Under the pieces are notes generated by a model. The model was given only the letters and a program-made list of their open reading frames with translations. It made no database searches and had not been told where the DNA came from. The position numbers were made by a program, and so were the translations under genes. Positions 22,010 to 34,961 of a DNA stretch of 64,000 bases are shown piece by piece (positions within the stretch are counted from its first letter, which is position 1; every line of letters begins with the position of its first letter). Origin of the DNA: Oopsacas minuta. Its lineage: Eukaryota > Animalia > Porifera. Location of the stretch: contig JAKMXF010000122.1 of the NCBI GenBank assembly GCA_024704765.1, forward strand, positions 62,001 to 126,000, written 5' to 3'.

Positions 22010-22651
22010 ATTAAATCTCAATTGTTGTGTTTGTTTGTCCGTTCTCAAGTAAGGATTTACGGTATGCAATATTGAAATTGTCACATAATTATGTATTATC
22101 GTGTTTATCAAGGCAGTAAATAGAATTCAATAAAACTTCTTCAAATATATTGAACATGCTGAATCAGATTTTCACACTTTTGTATTAATTATATGTAAAT
22201 TAATTGTTGTTTTTATGATTATAAAGTAAACAAATTGGCCAAATCTCAAATATACACACATCCTTGTCTAAACGGCTACACAGGGGTAACTAAGTATGCT
22301 GAATCCGAATTTCGCATTTTCAAGTTCTAATATGTAAATTAATTGTTCTTTCTATAAATATAAAGTAAACCAATAATTGAAATCTACCTATAAACTTGCT
22401 CTCAACATATTTAGTTGAAATATACTTAGAGACTTGCACTCAACAGATATATAAGGGTAATCAAGTACGCTAAATTCGACTTTCGCAATTTTAAGTTTTC
22501 ATATGTAAATTTATTGTTGTTTTACAAATATTCAGTAAACAAATAATTGAAATCTAATAAAATTGCTCTCAACAGATATATAGGGGTAATCATGTACACT
22601 GAATCCCACGTGTTCGCAAACCGCACATCGCGAGCAAGCGAAGCGTGCTAG
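22010..22651 (+). repeat. Non-autonomous Helitron/Helentron-like repeat with ~130-170-bp tandem subunits
   Basis: The core gggtaa..gtatgctgaatc recurs at ~22156, 22296, 22467 and 22596. It ends in a GC-rich segment and CTAG|T (22648-22652). Related cores lie at ~18551, ~36195 and ~56275. Confidence 0.5.
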
Positions 22652-22663
22652 TAACCTTTATAC

Positions 22664-25600
22664 CAGCGGTCCCCAACCTTTTAGAACCAAGTGCCAGTTC
22701 CTAGTAATATGTGAGTCAGGCGGGCCAAACTTCTCTTTTATACCCTATGTCCTAAGAGTAAGCAATTAGGACTACAGGGTGGAAAGAAATTGATGCCCTA
22801 ATATTATTTTTATCATAATGTGATAATACAACAATACAATACACTAGTTATTTTCCAATATATCCACCCTTTTGTTTTATGCATAATTTCATCCTTTTTG
22901 GCATCGGATATTAAATTCTCCAAAGTTTCTGGTGAAATTTGAGACCACGCCTGCTTGATGTGTTTTTCGAGCATTTAAATATTGGTTGGAGTGTCCATCA
23001 GTTCAATCTCTTGCTTTACGATAGACCATAAATTTTCTATCGGGTTGAGATCAGGAGAGCTGCCTGGCCATTGACTCTTATGCCAAAACTCAACTAAGTT
23101 GGTATTGCACCATTCTTGTGCTCTTTTGGCTGTATGTGCCGGCGCACCATCCTGTTGGAAAATGTACCGTGACATGTCTGGCAACAACTTCCTAGTTAAA
23201 ATACTGCCCTGTCCTGGTTGGCGAAGCAAACTAGACATCAATGACCCATTTAATATCTCGTTCACATAATATTCAGCTGTGATTGTTTGGCCTTTTGGGA
23301 TGAAATGAAGTTCTGATACAGCTCTAAACAACATTACACCCCATACAAGGATTTTTGAGGGATATTTTATTCTTTCAGAGGGTAAAAGCTGAGATCGGTC
23401 ATAAGCCCAGACACGATCATTTTGACTATTAGGATGTGGATATATCTCAAAGGGTGATTCGTCTGCAAACAATACTCGACACCAGTCTTCTATTTTCCAA
23501 GTTTTTCGATCTCGACAAAACTTTAGGCGAGCGGTCCGCTGTTTTTCAGTAATTTTCGGCTGTTTTTGAGGTTTGAAAGGAATTACTTTGAGTGTACTCC
23601 TTAAATACTTACGCACAGTAGTATGAGAAACTGCACAACCCTTTGAGCGTAAACGTTTAGCTAATTTCTGTGTTGATTGATGTCTCTTGGAAATAGATTT
23701 GGCTATGACGATTTTTGCAACTTTTGTAAGTTTTGATTTACGTCCACGTCCATGCATATTTTCTAGGGAACCTTCATTCTGATATCGGGATAGCCATCGT
23801 CGAATTGTACGAATATTCACACCTAACTTTTCTGAAGCACATTTTTGGGTCATTCCTCCTAATACGATTCCTACAGCCCTGCTTCTTGCACATGAACTGG
23901 TCTCCCTAACCATTATTATCAGCTGAAATTTGGATGAACAAATCTGATAAATAATATAAATAAAATACGCTTCCTAAGCAAGAACAATATGTCAAAATCA
24001 AAGAACAAAACGTAAGAAATAAATAACTGATGAAAATATGGTAATTATCAAACTTCAAGAATTTTGGGTTCATAATATAAATTAGGTCAGTAGGGCATCA
24101 ATTTCTTTCCACCCTGTACTTCACACATTTCTTAGTAACTAACATTGAACTAATACTACACTTTACTAACATGTTAATGAGAAACTTGATGCTGTTTTCT
24201 TTATTTTAATAATGTTTCAAAATTTGATATGCTAACAATTGTTGTGATTCTTAAAACATCTTTTAAATGGTCATCTGTGAGTCTCGTACGTGTAATACTT
24301 TTGGTAAACTTCATTTTTGAGAATAGTTGTTCGCATGTGAAAGTACTGCCAAATAAGCAGCAGAATTTCTTAGCATGTTTCCGAAGTTCTGGAAATTGCT
24401 GTTCTGTAAGATACTTCTGGTAAAAAGTACTAATATCATCCTCACAATCACGAAATTTAGACTTCAAAAGATCATTATACTGAAGATCTACCAATTCCAT
24501 TTGTACTAGTTCAGCAGCTTCATCAACAGAAACATCAAAAGGTGCTGCAAGTAACCTGAAATCAGACTAGTACTTCTGTACATCCACAAATCTGGCAGAA
24601 AACTGAGCTCTTAAGTCAGAAATAAAGTTTACGTAGGTGCCTGTCATCTGGGTTATTTGCTTTTAAAGTTGGAAAATGTACAAAATTCTTTTCTTGTAGC
24701 TGATTTTCCAAAGCCGAAGTTTTATTTCAAAGGAACATATACATTTATTAGCTGTCTTTTACCTTGCAAATGCAAATTGAGTGAATTCAGATGATCAGTA
24801 ATGTCTACTAAAAATGCAAAGTCTGATAGCCATGAGGAATCAGTGAACTGAGGAATGACCATCCCCTTGCTTCTCATGAAGGTGTCAAGCTCTTCTTTCA
24901 AATAATACACTCGTTTCAACATAGCGCCTCTACTGAGCCAACGTACCTCACAATAGTATAATAAGTCGCTATATTCTGATTTCATTTCTTTGAGCAACTC
25001 TTGGAACTGACGGTCATTGAGACATCGACTTTTTACGAAGTTCACAGACTTCACAACTATTTCCATGACATTTTTCAATTTTATAGATTTGGCACACAAG
25101 GCCTCCTGATGTATTAAGCAATGTACTTTAATGAGATCTCGTTGACTTCCATTTTCTTTGCAATATTTCTCAAGCAGTGCTGCAGTACCATTTCTTTACC
25201 AACCATTGCAGGAGCACCATCAGTTGTAACACCAAAATATTATCAAGATTTAGGTTAAACTCCTCGAGTACATCTTTAACAACATTAAATATATCAACAC
25301 CTGTAGTTCTACCTTTCATAGGCAGCAATTGCACAAATTCTTCAAAAAATGCGAAAGTCAGGTGCAACACCACGCACAAACACCGCAAGTTGTGCTGTGC
25401 CACATAAATCTTTGCTTTCATCGAGAGCTATAGAGTAGTATTGAAACTGTCCAGCAACATCTTTCAATGACAACTTGAAATTTTCTGCGATATCTTCAAT
25501 TCTACGAGTCACAGTTGATGATGAAAGACTTACATTGGCAAAAGCAAATCAACAGCTGTCATAATGCATTCCTTGACAAATTGGCCATCTGAAAAAGGTT

Positions 25601-26296
25601 TCATATTCTTGCTATTGGGTGGCTGATTGCTAAACTCACTTTGGTGGCCTTCTCTGAGTTTTCGTTTATTTTGTAAAAGTCATTTGCTGCTTGGAGATAC
25701 TTTTCTTCAAAGCTTCTATTTTATCGATCCGGATCAAACCAGTGTACTCTGAATACTTTGAGTGTTTTGCCTCATAATGTCTCTTTATGTTGAATTCTTT
25801 TTGACTGCAATCATCTCTTGGCAGATAAGACAGAGAGGCTGCCCATTGCGGCAAATAAAGAAATATTTTTCTGTCCAACACTCCTTGAAAGTCCTCATTT
25901 CGGAATCTACCTTCCTTTTCTTAACTGGGAGCATAGTTTACTTCATGAATCAAACTTAAATTCGGACCAGACTTGTTTAGATACGTAATTATTCTAATAC
26001 TAGACTTGCAAGAATAGATAATATACGTATATATGTAGGCATTCGTTGAACAAACTAGACAGTAAACAATAGATTACACAATATATGAATAGTATTAGAG
26101 AATACATATAGGCGAGCCAAAATTGTATATTCACTGTTGCAGTAATCAAAAAATGGCTAATTAATACGCTTCATTGAGTTGGCAAAGTGGTACTAATTTG
26201 TTAGTAGTAAGCGAATACATAAGAGTATGCAAATTGGAGCTAGGGTTTGGCGGGCCAGAACTTTTGGGAACGCGGGCCGTAGGTTGGGGACCTCTG
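22664..26296 (-). mobile_element. hAT transposon of the Buster/Charlie (GTF2IRD2-like) type, degenerate transposase, carrying a nested Tc1
   Basis: TIRs cagcggtccccaacct and (reverse complement) cagaggtccccaacct; perfect 8-bp TSD CTTTATAC with central TA (22656-63, 26297-304). Fragments MLPVKKRKVDSEMRTFKECWTEKYFF, CEVRWLSRG, WLSDFAFLVDITDHLN and FGSTFTCEQLFSKMK. Confidence 0.92.
22775..24116 (-). mobile_element. Tc1-like transposon with DD37E triad, nearly intact (ORF 22975..23913)
   Basis: Perfect 26-bp TIRs cagggtggaaagaaattgatgcccta and TA TSD. Motifs FADES, FQQDGAPAH and SPDLNPIENLW, with 37 residues between D and E. A premature TAA and a 1-bp frameshift lie near the C-terminus. Confidence 0.92.
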
Positions 26297-27217
26297 CTTT
26301 ATACTTTATAGATCGAGTTTAGAGTTAATGTCATCAAAAATTTAGCCTAATTTTTTGGATGAGTTGTATTTTAGGTCTTCTATTTTGATGATTATTTTTT
26401 AATATAATAATCCACCAAAAAGACCAAATGGTGCTAAATTGTTGGTAGCTAAATGTCAATATTTGTTTATGTCGATTGTTAGTTTTTATAATTGAATCTA
26501 AATATTTTCCCCAATGAAATATGTTTGATGCTTTGTCTTCTTTGTTGCTAAAACAAACTAATTTTTTTGCGATTCAGTGGCTATTGATAAGATATATTTG
26601 GGCAGTGATATTATAGGAAGCAAGGAAAGAAGGTGATTCGTATCTACAAATTTTTTACCCTAAGTCAAGGCTCCAGAGATGGATGTGACAAACTTTTGCA
26701 AAGTATGCATTCGGGTCACAATATTCGCTAAACTCCGTGTTATTACCCGTTCAGGCTTGGATCGGGGCACTTGGGCAGCTGGGATCACTAAATTTGAGTA
26801 ACTAATCTTCATGTATTTATATATTTCACTATAGTTGTAATGATAATCATTTAATCCTTCATTAGTGACTTTTCCCTACTATTTTATGATTAAAATTCAA
26901 TTATCAACATCAATCTGTGCTGCCAAGTTAGTTCATAGCTATCCTGGGGATACACCGTAAATTTTACGGAGACCCAAAATATTTTACTGAGCATTTCGCC
27001 TAAACTGACTCAATTACCCCTGACTAGCAGTTGAAATGAAAATTCAAGCATGATTTCGAAAGAGATAATAAGTATTGAGCTCATCTCTACTAGAGCACAG
27101 TTTGTGCCCTTGTTAGTGTTATGTATATTGAAATCACGAAAAATGTTAGGAATCACGTTAAGATATTCGATTTCAGGTTAACTACAGTCAAAAAGTAAAG
27201 GCAGGGGCAGCAGGTTA

Positions 27218-29452
27218 CACTGTCCAACAAATTTTTAGCATTTTTTGCTTCTGGCATGCACTGTAGTGTTTCTCATGTATTCAAGCACCCTGATTCCAAA
27301 TATCCAATCAGTTTTTCTCTATCAGGCAACGATTTTGAAAATTCAATATTTTGGTTTTATCATTGTCCCAGTGTATTCCTATAAATATATCTCTTTAGTT
27401 TGGCTAATCAAATGCATACTTATGATTTAATTACAATGAAAATTGTCAATTGGTTAGCATTTATTATACTAATTTAGAAATGCTTGGAATATGATTTTCT
27501 TTTGTATGTGGCATCAGGAATATCTCTTTTTAGTGACCAACAATAATCAGCCATCATGTTTGGAGAGAATTTTCCATTGTAACGACTTTCCATTGTGCTT
27601 ATATCTTGATGAAATTTTTCACCATGTTGATCACTCACAGCACCTAGATTTTCCGGAAAGAATTGCAAATGTGAGTGAAGAAAGTGTATTTTTAGAGACT
27701 TATTACATCCCATTGTTCTGAATGCATCAAGTAGTGTCACAACTATTTCTTCATAAATTGGTGATTTCTTAGTTCCTAAAAAGTTCTCATTTAAAAATTT
27801 GAATGAATTCCATGCTGCTTGCTCGACGGAATTTAGACATGCTTCGAAGTTTAGATCCTTGAATAGTTCTCTAATTTGGGGACCTATAAATATCCCTTCC
27901 TTGATTTTAACATCGCTGACCTTTGGAAATTTGTCCTTGAGGTATTTGAAACCTTCTCCTTCTTCATTGTATTTTACTATCGCCTTTACAAAGGTTTCAT
28001 CAAACCCAGTTTTATGTGTAGAGGTGGTAATAGAATTTTCTCAGGATTTACTAAGGACTGACAACTTACACTCTTTGTACCAGCAGTTAATTGATGTCGT
28101 AGTGGCCACTCCTTAACTATATAATGGGATTGCCTTGCTCTACTATCCCACTCACAGAGGAAGCAACAATATTTCGTGTATCCAGGTTGCATACCCACAA
28201 AAGTCCAATTACCTTCAGATCACCACAGATGTGCCAATTGTAAGAGTTATATCTGATCAGTTTCAATAAGATATCCATATTCTCATGAGACTCCTTCATG
28301 TGTACTGAATGGCCTATCGGTATGGATGGTATTACATTACCTTTGTGAAGTAAGACTGCCATGAGGCTGTACTTAGAAGAATCAATGAAGAGACGCCACT
28401 CTGATGGTTCGTGTTGAACACCTAATAACTCCATCACACGATCCACATTGTTACAATAACATAGAGACCCCTGCATTTCAAAATGTACAGAGAAATCACT
28501 TTGACGTGTCCTGAAAAATGAAACTTTAGTTTCCTCATCCAATAAGTTCCAACCTTTCAATCTTGACCCAAGCAATTCACTTTGATCTTTTGTCAAATTC
28601 AAGTCCCTAACCAAATCATTCAGCTCACTTTGATTAATGATGTGGGGAAGTCTTGTTTTATCAGGTGGCATAGGCGGAGGTATAAATTCCTCATCATCTT
28701 GATCTAACATAGCATATTCAACAGTATCGTCATCAAAGGAAACTTTCTTAGGCTTAGGTACTTCGAATTCTGTAGAATGCTCAACAGGACGAATCGCAGA
28801 TTGAAGATTGGGATAACATATATTCTTTTTGGTCTTAGAAGTGATTCCTTTTATATCAGTCAAACAGAAATAACAATCAGTATAATGATCTCTTGGTTCC
28901 CTCCATATCATGGGAATAGCAAATTGCATTGAAATACGTGAGCCATTTAGCCATTTACTAAGTCCTATTGCACATTTTGAGCAACAAAAATGAGGTGCCC
29001 AAGGCTTATCTTGATCACCAATCTTGCAACCGAAATATTGCTCATATCCTTTGTGTACAAGGGGAGACATGTCTCTCCGCTGAAATTTTGTAGTATATTC
29101 TCAACAAATATAACAGAAAGAATCGGTTGAGTTTGAACATCGACGAGACATTATTGAAAAGAAATAAATAAAAATACAATCAGATAATCTCCTCTTGAAA
29201 GAGCAAGTAATATTCTATATATTTTAAGAAAATTTGAATTGTTAGACAATATATGCGGAAGGTATTAATACATATACAATTATACATTCTATAGAGATCT
29301 ATGGAAAATGATTTTGGAAATTTCTGAATTTTACAAAATCTCTGCCTGATAGAGAAAACTGATTGGATATTTGGAATCAGGGTACTTGAATACATAAGAA
29401 ACATTACCGTGTATTCCAGAAGCAAAAAATTATGAAAATTTGTTGGACAGTA
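27218..29452 (-). mobile_element. Chapaev3-like (CMC group) DNA transposon, transposase disrupted (~27474..29151)
   Basis: ~120-bp imperfect TIRs starting CACTGTCCAACAAA (the right end finishes GTA instead of GTG); 3-bp TSD TTA on both sides. Motifs FCYIC, GDQDKPWAPHFCC, WREPRDHYTDCYFC, IDSS, ICGDLKV, CFLCEWDSR, PLHIKLGLMK, KIHFLHSH and SDQHGEKFHQDI. Confidence 0.85.
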
Positions 29453-31311
29453 TTAGACAATGATCTTAACAACAATGCTAATGAAACACAACGGTCAACT
29501 AATACTGAATGCGATATAAAAGCTCAGGTTCACATAAAAATAGCTTGAAAATACATAACCACAATTAGAAAGCATAATCAACAAATCGAAACAAATTCCC
29601 ATCGACAAGAACCAAAACCAAATTACCAGACCCTCATATAGTATATTGCAATATACTTACCACTAATATGGATTAAACTGTACTCTCTATATACATTAAT
29701 TCTTCAAAACTATGTAAATAAGGTGTGATAATATTACTAATCAGATGATAAATCATGTAGATATAGAAAATATGAAATTTGAAATAAACAAGTCTATTCG
29801 AAAAGTTCACGGAATTTAGTCTCTAGTATGAGAAGCTGAATCTGTCCTACGCCGAAGTTCGGAATCTTTCCTAGGATTATTCTGAGTTCGGAATCTTTCC
29901 TACGGTAAATTGGATTCATTGAAATGTCTATATTGTGAGTTGTGGCCGATAGTTGGATTTGTTTGGTTTTTGAAAGATGGTGTAGGTTTAAGTTTAAGAA
30001 ATTGAAGGAAGTATTCAAAGTTTAGAAATAAGAAATGGCGTTAAAAAAGATATTTATAGAAATTAAGGAGATAATTATAGAAAAAGGGATTTATAGAAAC
30101 TAGCACGTGATAACACTTTTATTTTATTAATTATAAACGGGTACCATTAGGAGGGGATTAGTGATTTAGTTCGCTACCTTTTGGGTCAGGGAGATTTCAT
30201 TTGTATTCGTTATTAAGCTACCTAGGGACGTGAATGTGGATTTTATCCTAATTACTAAATTTTTATCTAGTATATTATTAAGAAATTTAGCACAAATTCC
30301 GAACTCTGAATTCGTAGGACAGATACCGAAGAGTTTGGTCGTAGGACAGATTCCGGATATCGTTGTACAGAATCAGGCGACTCCCTAGTATGAAATATGT
30401 TTTTTAACCATATTAACAGATTACTTAATATTTCAACTTTTCACTTATAGTATTACATTTAAGAGAATAATTCTCATTTCTTACATGTCGATGTTTTGTA
30501 AATTGTATTTTTTCAAAATCTCAAAAGTCTACGGAAACTAAAAGGGACATCATATTGTTCCTCTGGTAGCTTAAAAGTCATGCAATGAGATAATATTTTG
30601 TATAAAATGGTATAGAATAGCTCCTAAACTAGTTGAAATGAATGTAGAGTGTAGCTGGTAAATCCATTGAGGATAAATTATTCTTGTTTTAGAAATAATT
30701 GCAATTCAGCGAACTTTTCTCACAGCCCAGTACATACTCGAAAACCCTGACTAGCAGTTGAAACGAAATTTTCTAGCATCATTTTGGATAATATGCAAAA
30801 ATGTGTGAAATACGAGTAATTATATGATAAATCTGTGAATTTGTAACTTCCAGATTCCCAAAATACTAAAATCGGACGCTACACACCCAATTACCCCACA
30901 TGTTGAAAACTAATCTCTAGCTTGATTTGTTAAGTTTACATAGAAAGGTGTGAAATAGCGTACAATGAGGCTACTTTGGCCCACTGTGTGTAATTTATGG
31001 ACATTTGGTAATTTATCACGAAATATTTGTGTTATTTTTTTGTCCCACGATTTTTTCTTTGTTTCACAATCCCTCGAAAATCCTATATACGCTATTGCTC
31101 TTAGCAATATTTTCGTGCAGTCGGTAGAGCCTGTGCCTCACCTGAAATTGAGCGTGCTCTACCTCTTAATATGCCCCATTTAAACAACCTCCCCCACCTG
31201 TGACGTAATTGTGCCCTACAAAAGCAGCTGGCTAGCGCCGCCCCTGTGTTCAGTATTACAAAACATTGCTCTAATTGTTTATTAATGTCTTTCTTACAAC
31301 TAAACTTCTGT

Positions 31312-31897
31312 TCAATAGCCTTCTCCGTTTCTTTTTTTATAAAATTCATTATAATACTTTACTGTCCTACTCTGTTCTAGTTTTGATTTCTCTAAAAACA
31401 TTCCCACGTTGTCTCCTACCTCTCTTTTTATTTTTGATAGCCCTTCTGTATTTGTTTGCGCTGACTTGCATTTGATTTTCTTTATTTTCTTTAACCACAA
31501 ATCTTTCATTGCACTTTGGCTATCTCCACTTTTTACAGCCAGTGGAATTTCTGTGCATGCTATCTTACTTCTGTAATCTGTTTGTTCTTGTTCTACTCTC
31601 TCCATACTTTCCATCATCAGTTCTTCTATTTGTTTTTCTCTTTCTGGCTTGGTCCAAGGGGGTCGTCTTTGTCTTCACTTATTGATATTAGTCTATAGAT
31701 AATATATTCCTTTCTGTATAGACGTTTACCCTCATGAAGACACCTGTCGTAATTTTTACGATTTCAATTACCTGCAGCAATTATATTTGCAAGATTTATC
31801 TCCTTGCATTCTTCAGCATCTATATCAGTATGTATCTTCACGATGTGTCGTTCCAGTTTTGAACAAAATCGATTACATATGTTGCAGATCCCAGACA
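31312..31897 (-). pseudogene. Disrupted ORF with an N-terminal CX2CX9HX4H zinc finger followed by a charged helical region
   Basis: ATG at 31897 reads MSGICNICNRFCSKLERHIVKIH..., then an in-frame TGA and a frameshift lead into track ORF 31312..31617. Confidence 0.45.
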
Positions 31898-32069
31898 TCG
31901 ATATGTGTTGATTTGATTATGATGTTGATTTATGATGAGCTTTACTGAAGTATTTATAGTTTCACTCAATTGTTATAGAATAGCACCTACACTAATAATT
32001 ATTCGTATTTAAATATTGGTTTCTCGTAAACTCAATCTCTAGCAACAATGATATTGTTTTGAAATTACA

Positions 32070-32990
32070 GTGTGTATGGGAAATAGCCCGAAAGCAATGC
32101 TGGTTGTAAATAACATATTGGAAAAAATGTCAATGGAGGAGATCTGGAAACCAAATAACAATATTTTACAACTAAGATATGAATAAAAAATTGACAGCCT
32201 CGAATGCAAACTTGTATTTAAGATAATTTTCGGCATTTCTAATTACTTAACCAGACATATCCAGAAAGCTTTCCTTTCAACGTCAATAGTAATATCGAAC
32301 AGTGGAACCAATGGTAGGCAAACATTATATTATCATATCATAATATTGCTCATTCGTATCTACGTATTAAGTATTTGTGGGTGACATGGTAATAACTAAT
32401 AAGAGAAATATTTTGGTTACGAATTTATTCGAATTTCACACGTGAACACATGAGACAAATAACTTTAATTACGGATTTGAATGAAGGAACGAAACTTGGG
32501 AAGCGCGACTATTATGACTATAGGGCCGCATTGATAGGGGAAATTGTGTTTCGCAGTGGTGAAAGGATAGGCGTAGTCTGCGGTTAAAAATTGTGTAGTT
32601 AGCAGTGCTCAGATCAAGGATGGTCACTTAAAAATGGTGGTGCACAAAACAGGGAAATTAAATCCGGCAATTGTTTTCACAGAAAATTTGTGACTAAAGC
32701 ATTCAAAAATTTTCTTGAAAATATCTTGCCATTGGTAGATAAAACCGATATCAATGATCAGTTTTTTATATCTGAAACAGGGAAATCTATAACACACATG
32801 GCAATACAAATATTCTTGATAAATATTTTGAAATGGCTGGGCTGAAAAATAAAATAAAATAAAACTACTAGGCCTGGTATTGCACCGTCCATCTATATTG
32901 CCAGTTTCCACCCATGAGATACCCAAGTCGTCGCTGACTACATGCAGCACTAAGCAAAATACTGCTGAAAAATACTATCGGCAGTTGGGA
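32070..32990 (+). pseudogene. Degenerate tyrosine recombinase (Crypton-like)
   Basis: Hand translation across stops and frameshifts gives IGEIVFRSGERIGVVCG (box I Arg, ~32550-72), VVHKTGKLNPA (catalytic Lys, ~32640) and VADYMQH..TAEKYYRQ (box II His/Trp position and Tyr, 32930-82). Confidence 0.7.
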
Positions 32991-33176
32991 GGGGAAACTA
33001 AATTAATATGAGCGATAGGCAAAATCAACAACAATTAATTAACTAATTAATTATTGATTGAATAAAACAAGAAGTAGAGTACCAAATGTATAGTTAAAGG
33101 AATCTGAAGAAATTCAAGAAATGATCAAAGTCCAGATTATGTTTACAGAATTATCGTACAATATTTGTGTATATGT

Positions 33177-33177
<1 letters not shown>

Positions 33178-33234
<57 letters not shown>
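33178..33234. repeat. (TG)n microsatellite
   Basis: About 28 uninterrupted TG units. Confidence 0.98.
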
Positions 33235-33235
<1 letters not shown>

Positions 33236-34259
33236 TAATTATAGTTGTATAATACGGCAATCAAGAACATTTAACACATGAAATTCAGTATTCTTGCTAC
33301 CAAAAATGGATGCTGGACACTTTTTTTGAATGTTTCACAATTTATTGAAATAGTTTGACGTTGCACATTTAGTAATTTTCCGAATGTACAAAAGCGCTGC
33401 TCTGATTATATGTCCATACATTACCGTTCGATCTAAACGTTCACACTATTTTATTTCTCTAATGATCTTTTATTAGTGCAGAATAACGATGAAACATGAT
33501 TTTCGGACATTTTGTAATTTATAGACAATTTGTAATATATGGACAATTTGAAAAACTTTAAAAAAAATTTATATTATCAATTTAAATCTTATTTATAGTT
33601 TAATGCTGTGGTAGTTTCACAAATACAGTCCCTTTTCAATCATTTAAAAAATTCCATGAAATTTCAAACTGGTAGTTTATAGTAGGTACACATCTATTTA
33701 CCTATCCGGACCTAATGTAAAATTTCAAATCAATATCTCTTAAGCTGAACTCAGGACAGCGGTTACGACATGCTCATTTCAGTTTTGTGCATTCCAATAC
33801 GAGTATTAGTATTATAGACTCCTTAAATGGACCCAAGTTCCAGGACCCGAGATTGCCAGATACCAGTCCTTCTATTTAAGGAGTCTGTGATTAGTATATA
33901 GGAAGCACACTTAAAACAGGGACCTTGCGCAGTGGTCATATATAGTCCGGCTGTAGCATTTACCAAATATAGCGTGACATTACCATTCACTTCTCCTCAT
34001 GCATAGGATTTCGGTTAGAAATCCAGTATGATCACTATATGATTCCAAAAGACTTTTAGGACTTTCTTGTTTTATTATCTTAAAAATAATTGGGATTTCC
34101 ATCAGCAGCAACACAAGACAGACAAGAGAACAAGTGTTTTGCCCTGCTGGACTCTTCAGTGTGTTGCCTTTCTCGCAATCTACACTTGAGTTAGCTGAGA
34201 TTGTTGGATTTAAATTGTATTCGTTTTTCGCCACTGGAGATGCGCCGTTGCAGGTCGCG

Positions 34260-34961
34260 TTTCAAATAACTGGGCTCATCATGATATGGACTTTTGTAAT
34301 TAAACATTCTGTAGGATCGCTCATAATGAGGAATATATTGAGCTGGGTTGTTGGTGTAGTTGTTAGATGCTCTTAAACGTAACCACCGGATTTCAGTATC
34401 TAAGCTCCCTCAGTTCGATACATTTTGTTGGCAACATAGATATCAGTCTCGTGTAGTGCAGAGGCTGCAATCAATTCAGCATCAGTGGCCTAACTGGCAT
34501 TGCAAAACATGTTTCTACTGTTAATATGGTGAGAGGGAGTGGTAGTCAGAACCTAAGCGAAGTACTAACTGATAACTTCCTTCCTATCACTCACCAAGTA
34601 GCGGTAGATCTCACCCCAGAACTTGGTGTGATATTCCTGACTTCCGGAAATGAGTTTAGACAGACATTTAAAGAGACAGTTGCCATCACGTTCGATACTG
34701 TCGCACTTCTACGGCTCATAAGCTCGTATTTTATGTCCATAGTAGATGCTAGTCAGTTGATTGTTGGAACTGGATTTCTAACATGTTGCACCTCTCTTTC
34801 TGCAACTCTGTCGTAATGGGGGTAATGATGGATTTCGACTCTAGATGTTGATACACTATCACATCAAGGATGCAGATGCCTTTTACACCACATAATTTCT
34901 CCAATTTCTCGTGAAATTTCGAGAGATATACTCCACGGCTCTTGTGATCGGTAAATGCCAA
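34260..34961 (-). pseudogene. Degenerate OTU-family cysteine protease (deubiquitinase-like) domain
   Basis: IERDGNCLFKCLSKLISGSQEYH (~34640-34695), S*ATDAELIAASALHETDIYV (conserved Trp changed to TAG, ~34435-34495) and PHYE (~34320). Confidence 0.7.

Noticed and set aside
27245-29425. Similar small ORFs at 27245..27430 and 29180..29425 as duplicated genes
   Set aside because: They are translations of the two long TIRs of the Chapaev3-like element.
30965-30990. CACTGTG at 30982-30988 as another RAG/Transib end
   Set aside because: Its context (ggctactttggcccactg) matches the TIR of the TA-flanked MITE at 54434, not the RAG-like termini, and there is no GC-rich TSD.
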